A DNA stretch of 64,000 nucleotides from Styela clava (lineage: Eukaryota): NCBI RefSeq assembly GCF_964204865.1, contig NC_135251.1:14880001-14944000 (forward strand), given 5' to 3'. The notes under the pieces were generated by a model. That model saw only the letters and a list, made by a program, of their open reading frames with translations. It was not told the DNA's origin and did not search any database. A program made the position numbers and the translations under genes. Positions 38,601-51,471 of the stretch are shown here, one piece after another (within the stretch, counting starts at the first letter, position 1; each line of letters starts with the position of its first letter).

Positions 38601-41461
38601 GCACCAAGCAGTTAAAAACATATTATTGTGTGTAGCGAAAGTTAGTACCATTCTTCGAAAATTTTCGAAGCACCCTCTCAGCAGATGAATTGGTGACAGA
38701 GAATAACGCATTTAGGTAGTTGCAAAATACTTATAAGCATATGGTCGCATCATAGTTTTCACCTGATTCGTATCATTCACATCTAGTTTCTGCGTCCCAT
38801 CTAAGTGTAAACTGTAATTGCTAACACACTCTTTCATTGGTAGATCTTATCGCCATTTCCATGCAAATGCATAACTGTAAAGTGCAATGTAAAAGTGAAG
38901 CGCGAATATATAAAGTACATAATATACAAAATAGTTATGATGATTCATTTTAGATCTTGGCTGGAAGGATTTTTTGGCGGATCTATGAACACACTACTTG
39001 GAGGAAATACATGCAGGTTGCCGAGGAAAATAGCTAACCGTAAGTTTTTTAATTTTTTACTAATCAATAGCTAACCTGTTTTAGTAGAAATTTGGACGGC
39101 CATCAAATGTCGATTTGAGAAAAAATAAGTGTGCACTCTTTTATCATCATTTTGCTATTCACAGTCTTGTCCAAGAGACATATTTTTCTGTTCCAGCCCT
39201 TAGAAATTTATGCCTGTCCCTTCTCATCCCATCCTATTCCCGTTGAGATACAATTCAATAAAAATTATTAAATTTATGAAAATTAAGAAATAGGACTACA
39301 TGTGCAAAGAGACACGCATAACAACAAAATTTATTGACGTGGCTAACTTCAAAGTCAAAAATTCAAAAGTATCGTCTAATTATGGCAATTCAGTATCATT
39401 CTGGCACTCTTATTCTATTTCTTGAGTCACTCGGCGCATTCAGCAAATTATCAAGTTCTTGCTTATCGACTGTTTCTAATAATTCAGTTAGTATGGGTAA
39501 TTCCAGAACCATTTCCTTAATTTTCATGTTACATGCAAATCTGCCGTACACAAAGTTTATAACAAGAGCAGGTAACATCCGTTTTCGTAACTTACTCAAT
39601 AACAATCCGGTCGCAATAAATGAGCGCTTTGCTCTACTCCTGCAGATGACAATGGTATGGCCAAAACAATTTTCCTGCATTTAGCAGGGAAAACCTGTGT
39701 TTATTTATTTTTTTCAATAATCTAATGGATGTGAATTTGGTTGCCGTAAATGTTGAAACATGGAACAGAATAAATAATAGATATAAATACAAAAGGAGAG
39801 TAAAAACCTTCAAAACTTAGAAAAGTATAAAGACTATGTTAGCTCTGACGTAATCAAGTTGCTATGACAAGGCTACTTGCCCCCATTGGAAATACAAATG
39901 CGTGCTCTCCCAACCCATCCGACGGGATCTTTCCCATTCCCATGGACAAACCTGGCTATTATTCATATTTCAGTGGAAATCCGTATTGAGATTATCGATG
40001 TAACTGCTGATGAATTTGCGTGACCCTCAGCCACAGAAAAATGATTCCTATACTCAACCATTTCAAAAATTTTGATGCATATTTCAATATTGATATTATA
40101 GAGCTTGGCACTCACGAACTGGCTTGCTTGTTTTATAACTATCATTTTGACTGAAAATATTTACCTAATTGGCATTTAAAAGCATTAGCAGCTAACTTTT
40201 GGCCATCTCAGATCTTTCGGGATTACTGCAACTAAACTAAAACTCGTAGAACAAATTACCATTGGGTTATTTCGATTATACCGAAATTTTGAAAACACAT
40301 TAAATATAATAGTTTAACAAACAGCTAGCAAAATCACAAAAACGAGCTAATGTTTACCAGCATATTTAAAAACATATTGTCACGCTAATAACCGAATTGC
40401 GTAAGTCATTTTTGGCGATTTTGAGTTTTTTTTTTTATAAAATAGGTATTTATGTAATGCTGCGCACCTCTCTGTTAACTCAGATTTTATTTTAAGAATT
40501 CCGAAACCCATAAAAATGGAGATTTAGTATGACATGCACATTTGTGCAATTGTTTCGTCATAATGAATTATCATTGACCGCGGGACTATTATGACGTCAC
40601 AAAGGCAAAATAACCTCGGCTAAGTATTTTCGAGTTTTTGCATCTCGGATTCTAGCTTAGCGCGTGTTAATTTGAATTTATACTACAGTATAGGAAGACG
40701 TGCATTTGTGATATTCACTGTCCGAGTCCAATTTACCTTGGTTGACTTTTATTTTGGGTGCATTGCTGTTTTATTCTTTATATTTAATCTTAGTCTTATG
40801 TCGGTGGGTGTGCAGAACGTGTTATATTGATGAAATATATATTTTTAAACATTAAAAATAATGTAATTGAAACTGACTGGCTATTTTGGGGATTAGACAT
40901 TGTAGATACTGAGAATTACATTCGTTTTTGGAATGTTTAGTTTTCAGGACTGGTGCATATAGTAAAGTTGCAAAATTGCGTATGTCCCCAATTCATAAAC
41001 ACATTTCTGCCTAAGTCACAGTGCGCCATTATGACGTCACTTAAATGCGTCATACAAATTAACTTAAATCCGGCTACTATCAAAAAATTGAACCATGGCA
41101 AATTATTGACTCTCAATGGCATAACAATATCATTAGGAAGTTTTTTACGTTTTTCTCAAAACTGCTAAAAATGACTTACGCAATTCGGTTATTAGCGTGA
41201 CGATATGTGCGTCTGTGCAGCTGATAAAATTTCAATTGTTACACCGCCATTGACATTTTGCTGAATAGGTATTGTCACAGAAAAAAACTTGGGGGAACAT
41301 CAATATGCAGACAATGGATACTTGAATGTTATTGAATTTGTTTACAGACAACGACTAATTAGATATCCTCGGTAACTGATTAATCTTTTTCATTGTTAGA
41401 TTGGCCATTTGGTTTTGACAATGAAGACGACGACGAAGACTTTGAGGACATCTTGGAATAG
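35639..41461 (+). CDS. DKK3: Dickkopf-related protein 3 (secreted; Soggy-like region + two cysteine-rich domains + acidic tail), 321 aa
   Basis: Exons 35639-35917, 36052-36157, 36276-36359, 37643-37815, 38046-38221, 38954-39039, 41400-41461 (966 nt). Signal peptide MKIITTVLVFLLLKC. KLPANYHNTTTITKKVGNTTV resembles DKK3 NLPPSYHNETNTDTKVGNNTI. CRD1 C..C..GMYC..C..C..C...CC...LCV.G.C; CRD2 GTLC...DC..GLCCA...C...C...CPC..GL.C...C. Alternative in-frame ATG at 35624. Confidence 0.9.
39162..39954 (-). mobile_element. Internally deleted hAT element in DKK3 intron 6
   Basis: Imperfect TIRs CAGTCTTGTCCA / TGGACAAACCTG; flanks GCTATTCA and GCTATT(ATT)CA (degenerate 8-bp TSD). Minus-strand peptide SRAKRSFIATGLLLSKLRKRMLP resembles the hAT dimerisation motif SER.FS..G....R.RL.P. 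Confidence 0.7.
40378..41202. mobile_element. MITE with ~48-bp TIRs in DKK3 intron 6
   Basis: TGTCACGCTAATAACCGAATTGCGTAAGTCATTTTTGGCGATTTTGAG ... CTCAAAACTGCTAAAAATGACTTACGCAATTCGGTTATTAGCGTGACG, with ATAT on both flanks. Confidence 0.8.
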
Positions 41462-42689
41462 ACAATGATATCATAAACTTCTAAATATTAAAAAGAGTTC
41501 AAGCAATCGTTTTCTACCCTTCTATTTGCGATACTGCTGTTACGACTCACGTTTATTTCTTACATATATAGATGATTCTTCGAATGGAAACGTTTTAAAC
41601 TAATTTTAATTTTCAATAACTGTTTTGCTCGCGATGAATTTAGAATCTCTCGTGTTATGATAGGTTTGAAGAAACTGTAATACTTAATGGCATATTGCCG
41701 TTATGGCGTACCACTCATTCCAACCCCGAGTTATAACAGTTGCGAAAAAATGCAGCAGCAAGATTCTGTTTGGTGGAAGTCATTGATTAAAAAATTGACA
41801 CCACATTTCATATGTGAGCCATTCAGTGAAAAATGTTCGCCATCTCTGAATAGTGTCGAATGTACAGAACTTTTTGTTCATTAGATCAGTATTGTGTGTC
41901 TGCCAATATACATATCAGGGCATATATATATATATATCAATAAAGTAACTATAGAAACTGATTTCACATATCAAAATCGTATCTCAGACCTAATCACATA
42001 TTCATTGATTGCTGTAAATATTGAAGTTTAATTTTAATTGACATTTATTATTTTAATGAATGAAAATCCAAATAAAAGAATCTGTTATTATGATAAGATT
42101 GATGTATAATATATTAAAGATGGGTTACCGTGCCAGAACGCGGTTATGAATATACATGAACGTAAATGATCACCACTGAAAAATTATCATTAAGAAAATG
42201 TAAAGGAATGTATTTAATACAGAATTGTCCCATATACGTATATGCGTCGAAGCAGAAATGGAATTTGTGGTAGCTGATGGTATTAATGGCGATAGTATTA
42301 AAATACGATGCAAGTAAAGAGCTCAGACATATTTTAAACTTTTATTTGTACACAAAACAAACTGACAAGCCATGAATTACTCACAGAATATATATAAATA
42401 AAGAGTACGCAACTACATGCAAGAGATCATATGAAAGCATCCTTGTTTGCCAATCAACTAGTTGAACAGCAACATTCTTAACTAATAACAAGGGAGCGTC
42501 TCATGCCAAGTATTAAATTGTTTACAGTACTTTACCTATTACAGCAACCCACTGTACGGTACCCAGTCTACAGTGCGTCACGGGTATCGAACACATTCCG
42601 ACTTTCGCGTTGCACCATTTCGCTCAATCAAAACGGAAACACCCGTCACGCTCTGCGGATTAAGAACCGTATTTCTATGAATAAAAAAT

Positions 42690-43763
42690 AATACAGCAAA
42701 ATTTTTGATGAAATATATATCAGATATCAAAGCAATTTTTCCACAATATTAAGAAAACTACTTACAACAACATAATAACAAAACGATACATAGTCCCACT
42801 TTGTGTCCAACAAGAGAGCAATACCTACACCGCGGCCAGAACGAAGTAGTCAGACCATCAGATCGCTGAAATGAGATCTTGGAACCACCACATGGCGTGC
42901 AGGTTTTTAATTTTTATGTCGTCACAACACAAAACTTCAATACGTCCTCGTAACGGGTTGAAGCATTTGAACACCCAACGCTATATATCCTGGTGCACAA
43001 AATTGAGCCAGTTATAAGCACCATTAAAATAATAATATTAATAACACAAAACTTCAAAGTGAAAAACGTAAATTCCATAGTGCTCACAGAAATTTTCGAA
43101 ATAAATGAAAGTAATAGCAACAACAACAACCTTCAACCAGTGAAAATTTCAAAGCAATTGGTCCAGTAGTTGAATATGGATTTGTTCACAACAACAACAA
43201 CAAGAAGTATATTAACACAACAAACAACAACGATTTTGTGTCCAACAACACTAACTTATAAAACATTCCGAGACTCTGACAATTTTAGACTGATTTTTGT
43301 GACCAAAAGCCACGTTCTTGCATTTATTTAAGAAAATTTGAAGTCTCCGCATTCAACTTCACAAAGTAATACCACCATGCTATAATTTTAAACAAGAGAG
43401 CGATGACCCAGTATATGAACACGGAACGAATTAGTTCAATCTGTCACAATGGACTACAGGTACCGCAGCCTTAACGACTTCGCCTGACCAACAGATCGCG
43501 AATGCGGAATTTTATATATATTTTATACATATTTTAATTTTGATGACGTCATCGCACACATAAAAAACGAATCCCTTACAGCCCACAGAAATTTTTGAAA
43601 AAAATAAAAGTAATGAAAAAAGTTTTCTAGCATAAAATACAATCTTAAACCACAGAAAATTTCAGAGCAATTGGTCCAGTAGGTAACTGAGAAAGAACAA
43701 CAAAAACAAGAATATAAATACAAAATTACAAAACGATCCATAGGTCCATTTCGTGTCCAATAA
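42690..43763 (-). mobile_element. Cluster of Helentron-type non-autonomous elements, family 2 (partial and tandem copies)
   Basis: Recurrent ends AACAAGAGAGC (42809, 43391) and GTGTCCAA (about 42803, 43238, 43754); shared core AAAATTTCA(A/G)AGCAATTGGTCCAGTAG; (AAC)n tracts; head-to-tail junction GTGTCC-AACAAGAG at about 42808. Confidence 0.55.
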
Positions 43764-45617
43764 TGAATTGTCGAGAAAGTTTTATTTGGTTTACAAAAAA
43801 ATATCTCATATATATATGATATTTACTAGGCTTTAAGCTGTTGCCAAAAATACACTGTAAATATCAAACAACACATTAAACCAAAAACTTGCGAAGTCTT
43901 CGCTATTACCGCATGATGTTTTTATTTTCCAAATGGAATCTGACTGTACGAATCGTGAAATATAAAACAAATAATTTAATCAGGTGTATTATGTTTTCAT
44001 TTTGTTGTTAAAAATACTGTTGATATAAGATAAAAGGTCGCTCATTTGTCCTGCTCTATCAAAAGCTGTGAGATGGTCATTTTCAATGCGGCACGTGTAT
44101 AGATCTTACTGGTTTGTGTTTGAAAGAAAACCTTTTTAGGTGACTTAAGATGTTAAGCATCGGTGACACTAAATGTTCCTCCTGTAAATGTAATGGTGTC
44201 TATTGTTTCCAGAAACAACAGAAAGGGATATAAAGTATTCAGGACCGAAAACATTAATTGAACATAGGCAGACACCCGCATGGCGCGAAACTGATCTTGC
44301 TTGATTCTTTGAGGGGTCAAAAGTGGGTTTTGATAACCCCCCAAACAGCAGATGTTATTTTGCATCGTCATCGCTGAAAAGCAATATTCAAAATTGTCAT
44401 CACGTGGTTTAAGATGAGGTCATTTTATTCAGTTGAAAAACAAAAATTCTAAATAATTTATAATTCTGTACAAAATATTTCATCTTCTAATCTTCGAATT
44501 ATACAAAAAAAATCGCTTTATACTCAAGTATCGTTAATTGACATTTTCATTAAAAATCCGTCTCATATACGAATAATATCAGAGTTCCATATTCTATTAA
44601 AATAGATGTGAGAAAATTCTGAAAAATTACATCTTCTCAGTAATTATAATATTTTTTAATAAATATGGAATACAACTAATTGAAATCAAGATCAAAACTT
44701 CAAAAAGAGCTATCACAATACATGATTAAGCTGTTGATAAAAATGGATCCTGGGAATTTTAAAAAAAATGAGAATTTCTAGAAGAATATATAAATTACCA
44801 AACGTGAATTACCAATTTCACCAGAATAAATTTTTTTCGAATGTGCAGCCCGATCAGTGCCGGGGATATAACCAATTCTGCCATTTAAAATAGTACCGTC
44901 CAGCGCTCAATCCTATTACATCAGAGGTCTTGTGATGAATTTTAAAATATTAGTAGGTTTTCTTTGGTTTTTACAAGTGTGTCCGTCAACACTCCATTCT
45001 GTTTTCATACTCGCAATTATAAACACAAGATGAAGAGTGATTACAACAAAATATACAAAACACAGGAGTGGTGTTACGACTAAATCAACTTCCCCTTATT
45101 GAAAATTTGCGTTCCGAGTTCTCATATAATCCCAGATATTTCCGTTTCAGAGGCACTTGGTTTAAAAGTGACCGTATGGAAGTGCTAGAGTTATAACAGG
45201 CCATCATGGCAAAGTAAGAATAGCTCACGATTTGGTCCTGCTGCATTGTATACATTGATTTAAAAGATGAAACATTGTTTCTATTTTGTTAAAGTAAAAT
45301 TCAATGTCTTGTGAAATTAAACAAATTATTTCGTTTGAAAATGTATTTTCCGAGTAAAAATCACTACAAAAATGAGATATTTTCATTGATTTCTCTATAT
45401 ATGTAAAACTGAGCAAACGAGAATACGATATCTGGTGGATATGAAAGATTGAGATTAATACTTGTAAACTATGAAAAGTTTATTAAGTAAGTTATCCCCA
45501 TGATTAAAATTTATTTGATAGCACCCATCGTCACCAAGGGTTTGTAATAAGTCATGCATTCCGAACATACACATTACGTATAACTCGATAATTTATATAT
45601 ATGTTCAGATTATTAGA

Positions 45618-47538
45618 ATGGAAACCAAATTTAGAAGAGTTCCATATTTGACATCACCAGTGAAAAAAGAGTTCCAGCCTTTTTATATACCCAACTCAAA
45701 TGATAGTGCGTTCATAAAACAAAGTCGTTCAGGTGAGATTTATTGTAGACTACATATTTACAAATTTGTCTCAAAATTTTGCCCAAATTTTATTTTATTT
45801 AAATATTTTGATCTATTATAACAAAGGATTTCATTAGTAAGTCATGAGTGTGAAATAAACTACTCAAATATACGTTTTGTGGAAACTGCAAAAAATGATA
45901 TTTACGTTCGTTCCATGATACGCCCGAAAAAAATCGAGCGATTTTTAGTAATGATTTACAATATTTTAATCAATTAGTCAGCACCACCATAACTGGCTAT
46001 TGAAAATATTATTTTCAATTTTTTTTGACAAAAAATAATTCTTGCAGCTATAGGTACAGATAGAAAGATATGCCCATTGTATTTGCATATATACTATTAT
46101 TACATTCCACTACTTTAATTCGAAAACAAACTTTATTCATCAAATTTTTAGCAGCTCACAGAAATAGCATGAAGGATTCTTTATGTTACAATTTAAATAA
46201 AGAAAAAGAGAATCGAGAAAATTGTCGTCTTGCTAGATTGCCTTCTCCACCATGGAAGTCCAAAATACCAATCGAAACGCATACCATGTCGGACAAACTT
46301 TTTCGTGACAAAAAGAAAAGAACGAGAGCGGCATTTACTCATTCTCAAATAAGGGAGTTGGAAAATAGATTTGCTGTTCAAAAATACTTGTCAGGACCTG
46401 AAAGATCAGAATTTGCCAATGCGTTAGATCTCACAGAAACGCAGATAAAAATATGGTTTCAAAACAGGTAAATAAATATTTGTTTTGAATGTGCATACCC
46501 GTCATTCTATTTGTATCTCCCTACAGGTAGAAAAAAATATTGCAATCAGCTTTTTTGTGAAGAATAGTTAAAAAAAAAACTGCATATTTGCAGCGCTCTC
46601 ATGTAAAAAAGCTATTCTTCAGATGTAAATATCTAAACTTTATTTCAACTGATTGTATGTCGAATATTGCTATCGTGATATACATGATTCTTTCAGCGCC
46701 ATTTTGTTTTTCAGAAGGTACAAAACAAAGCGACGTTTGCGACTAGCCGCTGAAATGATGTTTGTCGCAACACGACATCGTCTCCATGCTTCTGTGGCAT
46801 CAATGGTACAATCTCCAATCCAACGACTTATGTCGTTTCACCAACACAGATTCCCAATTCATGAATCACCATTATTTCAGCCCGTTTTTGGACAGATGCA
46901 CACAAATTCTTTATTTGGAATGCCAGGTAGAGTTCCAAAATTAATTGGATTCAAAGCTCTTCGTCCTTGTAAAATTATGTAAAGAATGAAGTTCTAAATC
47001 ATTTTTTTAATTAATTAAATAACCTCAAAAGACAATCAGAACACTTTAATTTCGAATATCTGTATTATACCGTAACACCTACATACGGTAGCCTACAATA
47101 GTTAAAATTTGACAGCTACAGATTGTTCTTTATTTTGCAGGGTTACCACAGGTTCAAGGCACATTCAGCAATAGAGTTTTTATATCCCCGGCAAAAAGGA
47201 ACAACATTCAACTACAAACTGATTTATTATCAAGCTTAAAATTTACGCCAATTGATGATACCAACTCACGCCCTCCCTTTCCAAGCGCAGCAACCACCAT
47301 CCCTGGTAGCATTTCAGACCAGAGAAGATTTGAAAATATACAAGACATTTGTTCCTTCCGTGGTACGGACTTGCACGACGACTTTGACAAGACCAAGATA
47401 CGTCCTTTTGATATTAGAGAACTTCTTAAGCCAGCAAATTCTGACTTGGTAAATTCACAAAATAGTCGTACTCGTGAATACAAATGCAACTCATACCCAC
47501 ATCAATTTCTGCTTTATCCAAAATATGGTGAAATATAG
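45618..47538 (+). CDS. NKX3-2: NK3-family (bagpipe/Nkx3) homeobox protein, ~346 aa; an upstream exon may be missing
   Basis: Exons 45618-45732, 46152-46467, 46715-46926, 47141-47538 (1041 nt, in frame). Homeodomain [53 protein letters not shown]|RYKTKRR has NK3 signatures (RAAF, YLSGPER, Tyr54 in RYKTKR). If the 46927 donor is not used, the frame ends at 46982. A splice acceptor at 45608 precedes the ATG. Confidence 0.85.
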
Positions 47539-50500
47539 GTTCATCGTTGTTTTTTTGTTTTAATATTCATGAGTGAAATTTATTGGATGTTCCTCTGGCC
47601 CTTAAGCCAAGAACAATTCTTCCTATACATTATTATTCAAATATTTTTTTTCATTTTTATTACTGAACGGTTTAACTCTTACAAACTGGTTTGCAAGTTT
47701 ATCTCCATGATTCAAAATACTTAACCACCTACTATTTAAAAGTACTAATAACTCGCCGTCATGACTTAAAAAGGCTCACGAAATCCGGAGAAGCCGCTTC
47801 AAGGCGTATAACAAGGAGATGCCTATTTTTCCTACTATCGTCATCGAACAAGTAGAAATACTCATTCTTCAATATTATTAAATTTTCATTTTTCACTTGT
47901 TTTATCGTATATGTAGAATATAGATTTGAAATATTGCAATTTGAATATAAGAAGCAATCAATAAAGGAAGTGGTTTGTAATTAGCCACTCAAGTATCCTC
48001 TTTGAATGAAAACGTTTGTGCGAATGTTGTTGCGCAGGCGCCACGGAGAGGTTCTGCTGTAATTGCGTAGTTTATTTTATGTCATGTTTATTTTAGCATT
48101 CACGTTTGCTATAAATCAGAATTGTGACGCCATAAAGTATCCGTGCTTTAGTGAAAACTTGTGTAGCCGTGAGAAAACTTAACTATTTGACAACAAAAAC
48201 GATTAAAATGACGACAATACAGACTCGAACCTGGGACAATTGAAACCATGCATATACAGGATCATGTATCCTTTTTCATGTGCCGTTTGATAATTTTCGA
48301 AGGGAGTGAATACAGGTCCACGTCTCAGCAAAATCGTTTATACCAGGAACAACTTAGATTGATGTTTGTTTCGATGCTGTGCGCTTTAAACTATGTGTTA
48401 ATGCAGTATTAGCGAGGAGAGGAGCGATAATAGTTATGAATTTTTCGTTACCAGTAGCCCAGCTGGATTTATAATCGAAGGGGTGATCTCATCTACTAAA
48501 TACCACTTGATCACGAAACACTTTAGGTTGTTTGGTTAGTAGAACCGTTAGGATATTTTCGATTCGTAATTTATTTGGGAGGACTGGTAATCTGTATTTT
48601 TGTACGTTCACTAAAATGACGGAAAAAGGTAGCAATCTGATGAAGTACGGCCATTTTCGATAGTAGAGCCACAAATTATGTTTTAGTTTACGTTTCATAT
48701 TTTTCTCGTCGTGTACTGTTTACATATATTTATATACGTTGTTCGCATTTAAAATCAAATGGGTTTGCACATTTAGTTGTTTATTCTGATTTTCTATCTC
48801 ATAGTGAATATTCAACCTGAGATATGTCTCAAGCAGACTCCGATACTTGACAATGTCAATTTATCACAATAGACCCTAATAAAAACTTTTAGGTACAATT
48901 CATTGGATGAATGTTCCAAGAAAGGTATATGTTAAGTGCTATAGGCCTACATCTAATCCTCCTGAGAAATTCCAATTTGAATTATAAAACGGTAAGAATG
49001 TTTTCAAACAGAATATCAACAAGACCTTTATTTGAGGAGACTAGAACAGGTGAAGATAAAATGTAATTTGAGTTGATTTAGGTGCATTATGACGTAACAT
49101 AGATATAACGAGTATTATATGTAGCATAATCGAACCTATAAGAATAAAGTAGAATAAGGTTTTCGGTTATGTTCTATTTTGCTTAGTAAAAAAGAGCAAT
49201 AAAAAATAAGAAAAAGAATTTGTCTAAACAATAATTACTGAAGAGTTTTGTGTTTCAAAAAATTTATTATATGCTACATTTGACTGCGTCATATGTCATT
49301 ACAATATAGCTGACAATTTGACATTTTGTGTATTTTCAGGTGCTTGAGGGCGGAAGGAGATGTTGTTAAAGTTATCGAAATGGAAAAGAAATATTTACCA
49401 CTTAAGTCCTGTGTTAACATTTGCTTAAAATGGGAAGTGTACGCAAAACAACAAAATGAGTGCTCGTAGCGTTCGTTTGAACAGTCTAAGTGGTGGGTGG
49501 TATACTTGTAGTTCTTGACAATATAAACAAACATTTTTAAAAAAGGTTGAAGACGTCTTGTTCTTTATGAATTGTAAAGTCATCTACAAAAGTTTATGGG
49601 AAGATCTCTCAATATCACTTATAGGAGAAGTTGCGAAACATTGAAATATAAGAAGTAATCGTTAAGTTCCTTGAAATCATTTTATTGAAATTTAGTGGAT
49701 GGTGATTATGTTTGGTATGACAGCACAAACTCTCGGTAACCCCAATTGGTGAGTAATATGAATATACAAACATCCTTTAGCCCATGTGGATGTGATACAC
49801 CCCTTGGATTACACCAATCTGGTCCAAACTGCATGCATCATTATTATCTGTGGCCCACACCACATTTGCTGGTATAGGTGAGTAATCTGAAAGTTGATCT
49901 AGTTTTGTGACAGATGGCGCTCAAGGGATGTTTTGGAGACAAACTGGACAGGTTGGCCTGTTAGAAACCAATGGTGTGAAACTGTGAATTGCCCAACATA
50001 AGGCCTTGCAAATGAGTGACATGAGTAGCGTAACGCAATGAGCATATGTAACGGCACTAGCGAACATGGTCAGAGGCGGAAATGAAGCCACGATATAAAA
50101 CATTTAAACAGGTCCTGAATGATTCGGATGCTGCGGAATATCCACAGTGCCACTGTGTTGAAAAAATTGATGTTTGAGTATGAGTGCAGGAAGCATTTCT
50201 TCTCTTTGCAAAAATAAATTTTTTTTTTCTGCGAAACGAAATTGGAGGAATGGAAAAGTGTGAAATCCTTTTTAGCGGCGGAATGTTTATCGCTTTTTTA
50301 ACCTTCATTACTTGTAAACAAGTTGGTTGAATAATATGAACTAAAAAGCTTCCAAAAAATGTTATTACTCACACTTTCCATCTTGTCATGAATTACTCGA
50401 GGAAAAAAATTGTCTGCTTTATATCAGATATGCTTGATAACATGAGCAGTGAACCTAGTGACATATTCTTTGAACTCCTTATTAACCTTATGAAATCGAA

Positions 50501-51010
50501 GCTCTTATGAACAGCGGTCTTCAATTTATTTTCCATACATCTCGACAGCTCTTTGAACATAACCGATCGATAGAATTCGTGTTATGCCACTACGCTAGTT
50601 CACGAAACTTTTTAGTCTACAATCAACATGTCGTTGTTGAGGTGACTTACACCAATTATAAGAGAGTGGTTCGCCATATGATGAAGCGCTCTTAGCAGCT
50701 TTCTTCTCACCTAGATGAGTATATACCCTCCTAAGCTAAAGTATCTTCCTCAATACAAAGTACACAACTCTACAACGCGCGCATAATACAGATGGCATTT
50801 CACCATATAATATATCTTCTTTATTGCACAGCGCAAATTCTTTAAAATTCAAACCATCAAAAAACGACATAAAGTTTCTTTTAGGACACAAATAACCCCA
50901 ACCAAATCCCTTTGTACATAAATCAACTGGAACGAAATTCTGATAAGAAAACGTCGTCTATCAAATCCAATTAGAACAAGAATAGAAAAGGAATGTTCAG
51001 CAAAAAATAT

Positions 51011-51245
51011 GGTACTCCCGAAGTATGTGAACCAAGATGGCGGACACCGGAACGTAGGATGTATACCAGGTTGGGGTTCGCCATAATTTTATTCCAATTT
51101 TCCTTATTTTAGTTCTATTACGAGTTCGGGGACTAGCCAAGTGACTCCCGTAGTATTTGTACCTGAAATTATGGACTGACCTTAACCTGGTACACATACA
51201 ACGTTCCGGTGTCCACCATTTTGTTTCACATACTTCGGGAGCACC
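51011..51245. mobile_element. 235-bp MITE with ~60-bp TIRs and 8-bp TSD
   Basis: GGTACTCCCGAAGTATGTGAACCAAGATGGCGGACACCGGAACGT ... ACGTTCCGGTGTCCACCATTTTGTTTCACATACTTCGGGAGCACC, flanked by AAAAATAT on both sides. Confidence 0.85.
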
Positions 51246-51471
51246 AAAAATATTGGTTTACAAGGAATGCAAACATGTCAGCTCCACTGGTCCAAATACC
51301 ATTTAAAACAGACTCCGTTACCTACACGGATACCACTTTTCTGCATATTTTGTATGTAACCTTTCACTCTTCAGCCACGAGAACCCATTTTAATCGAAAT
51401 CACGCATCATATTGACATTATAGCTAAAACTTTGGAGCAGCTTGCAGTGAATCCAAACCCATAGACTCTCT

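Noticed and set aside
49700-50310. Cys-containing ORF ending RPTCPVCLQNIP (RING-like tail) and two apparent 32-36-nt GTGAGT..AG micro-introns on the plus strand
   Set aside because: The other RING ligands are absent, no coherent spliced ORF results, and the introns would be far shorter than any other in this window.
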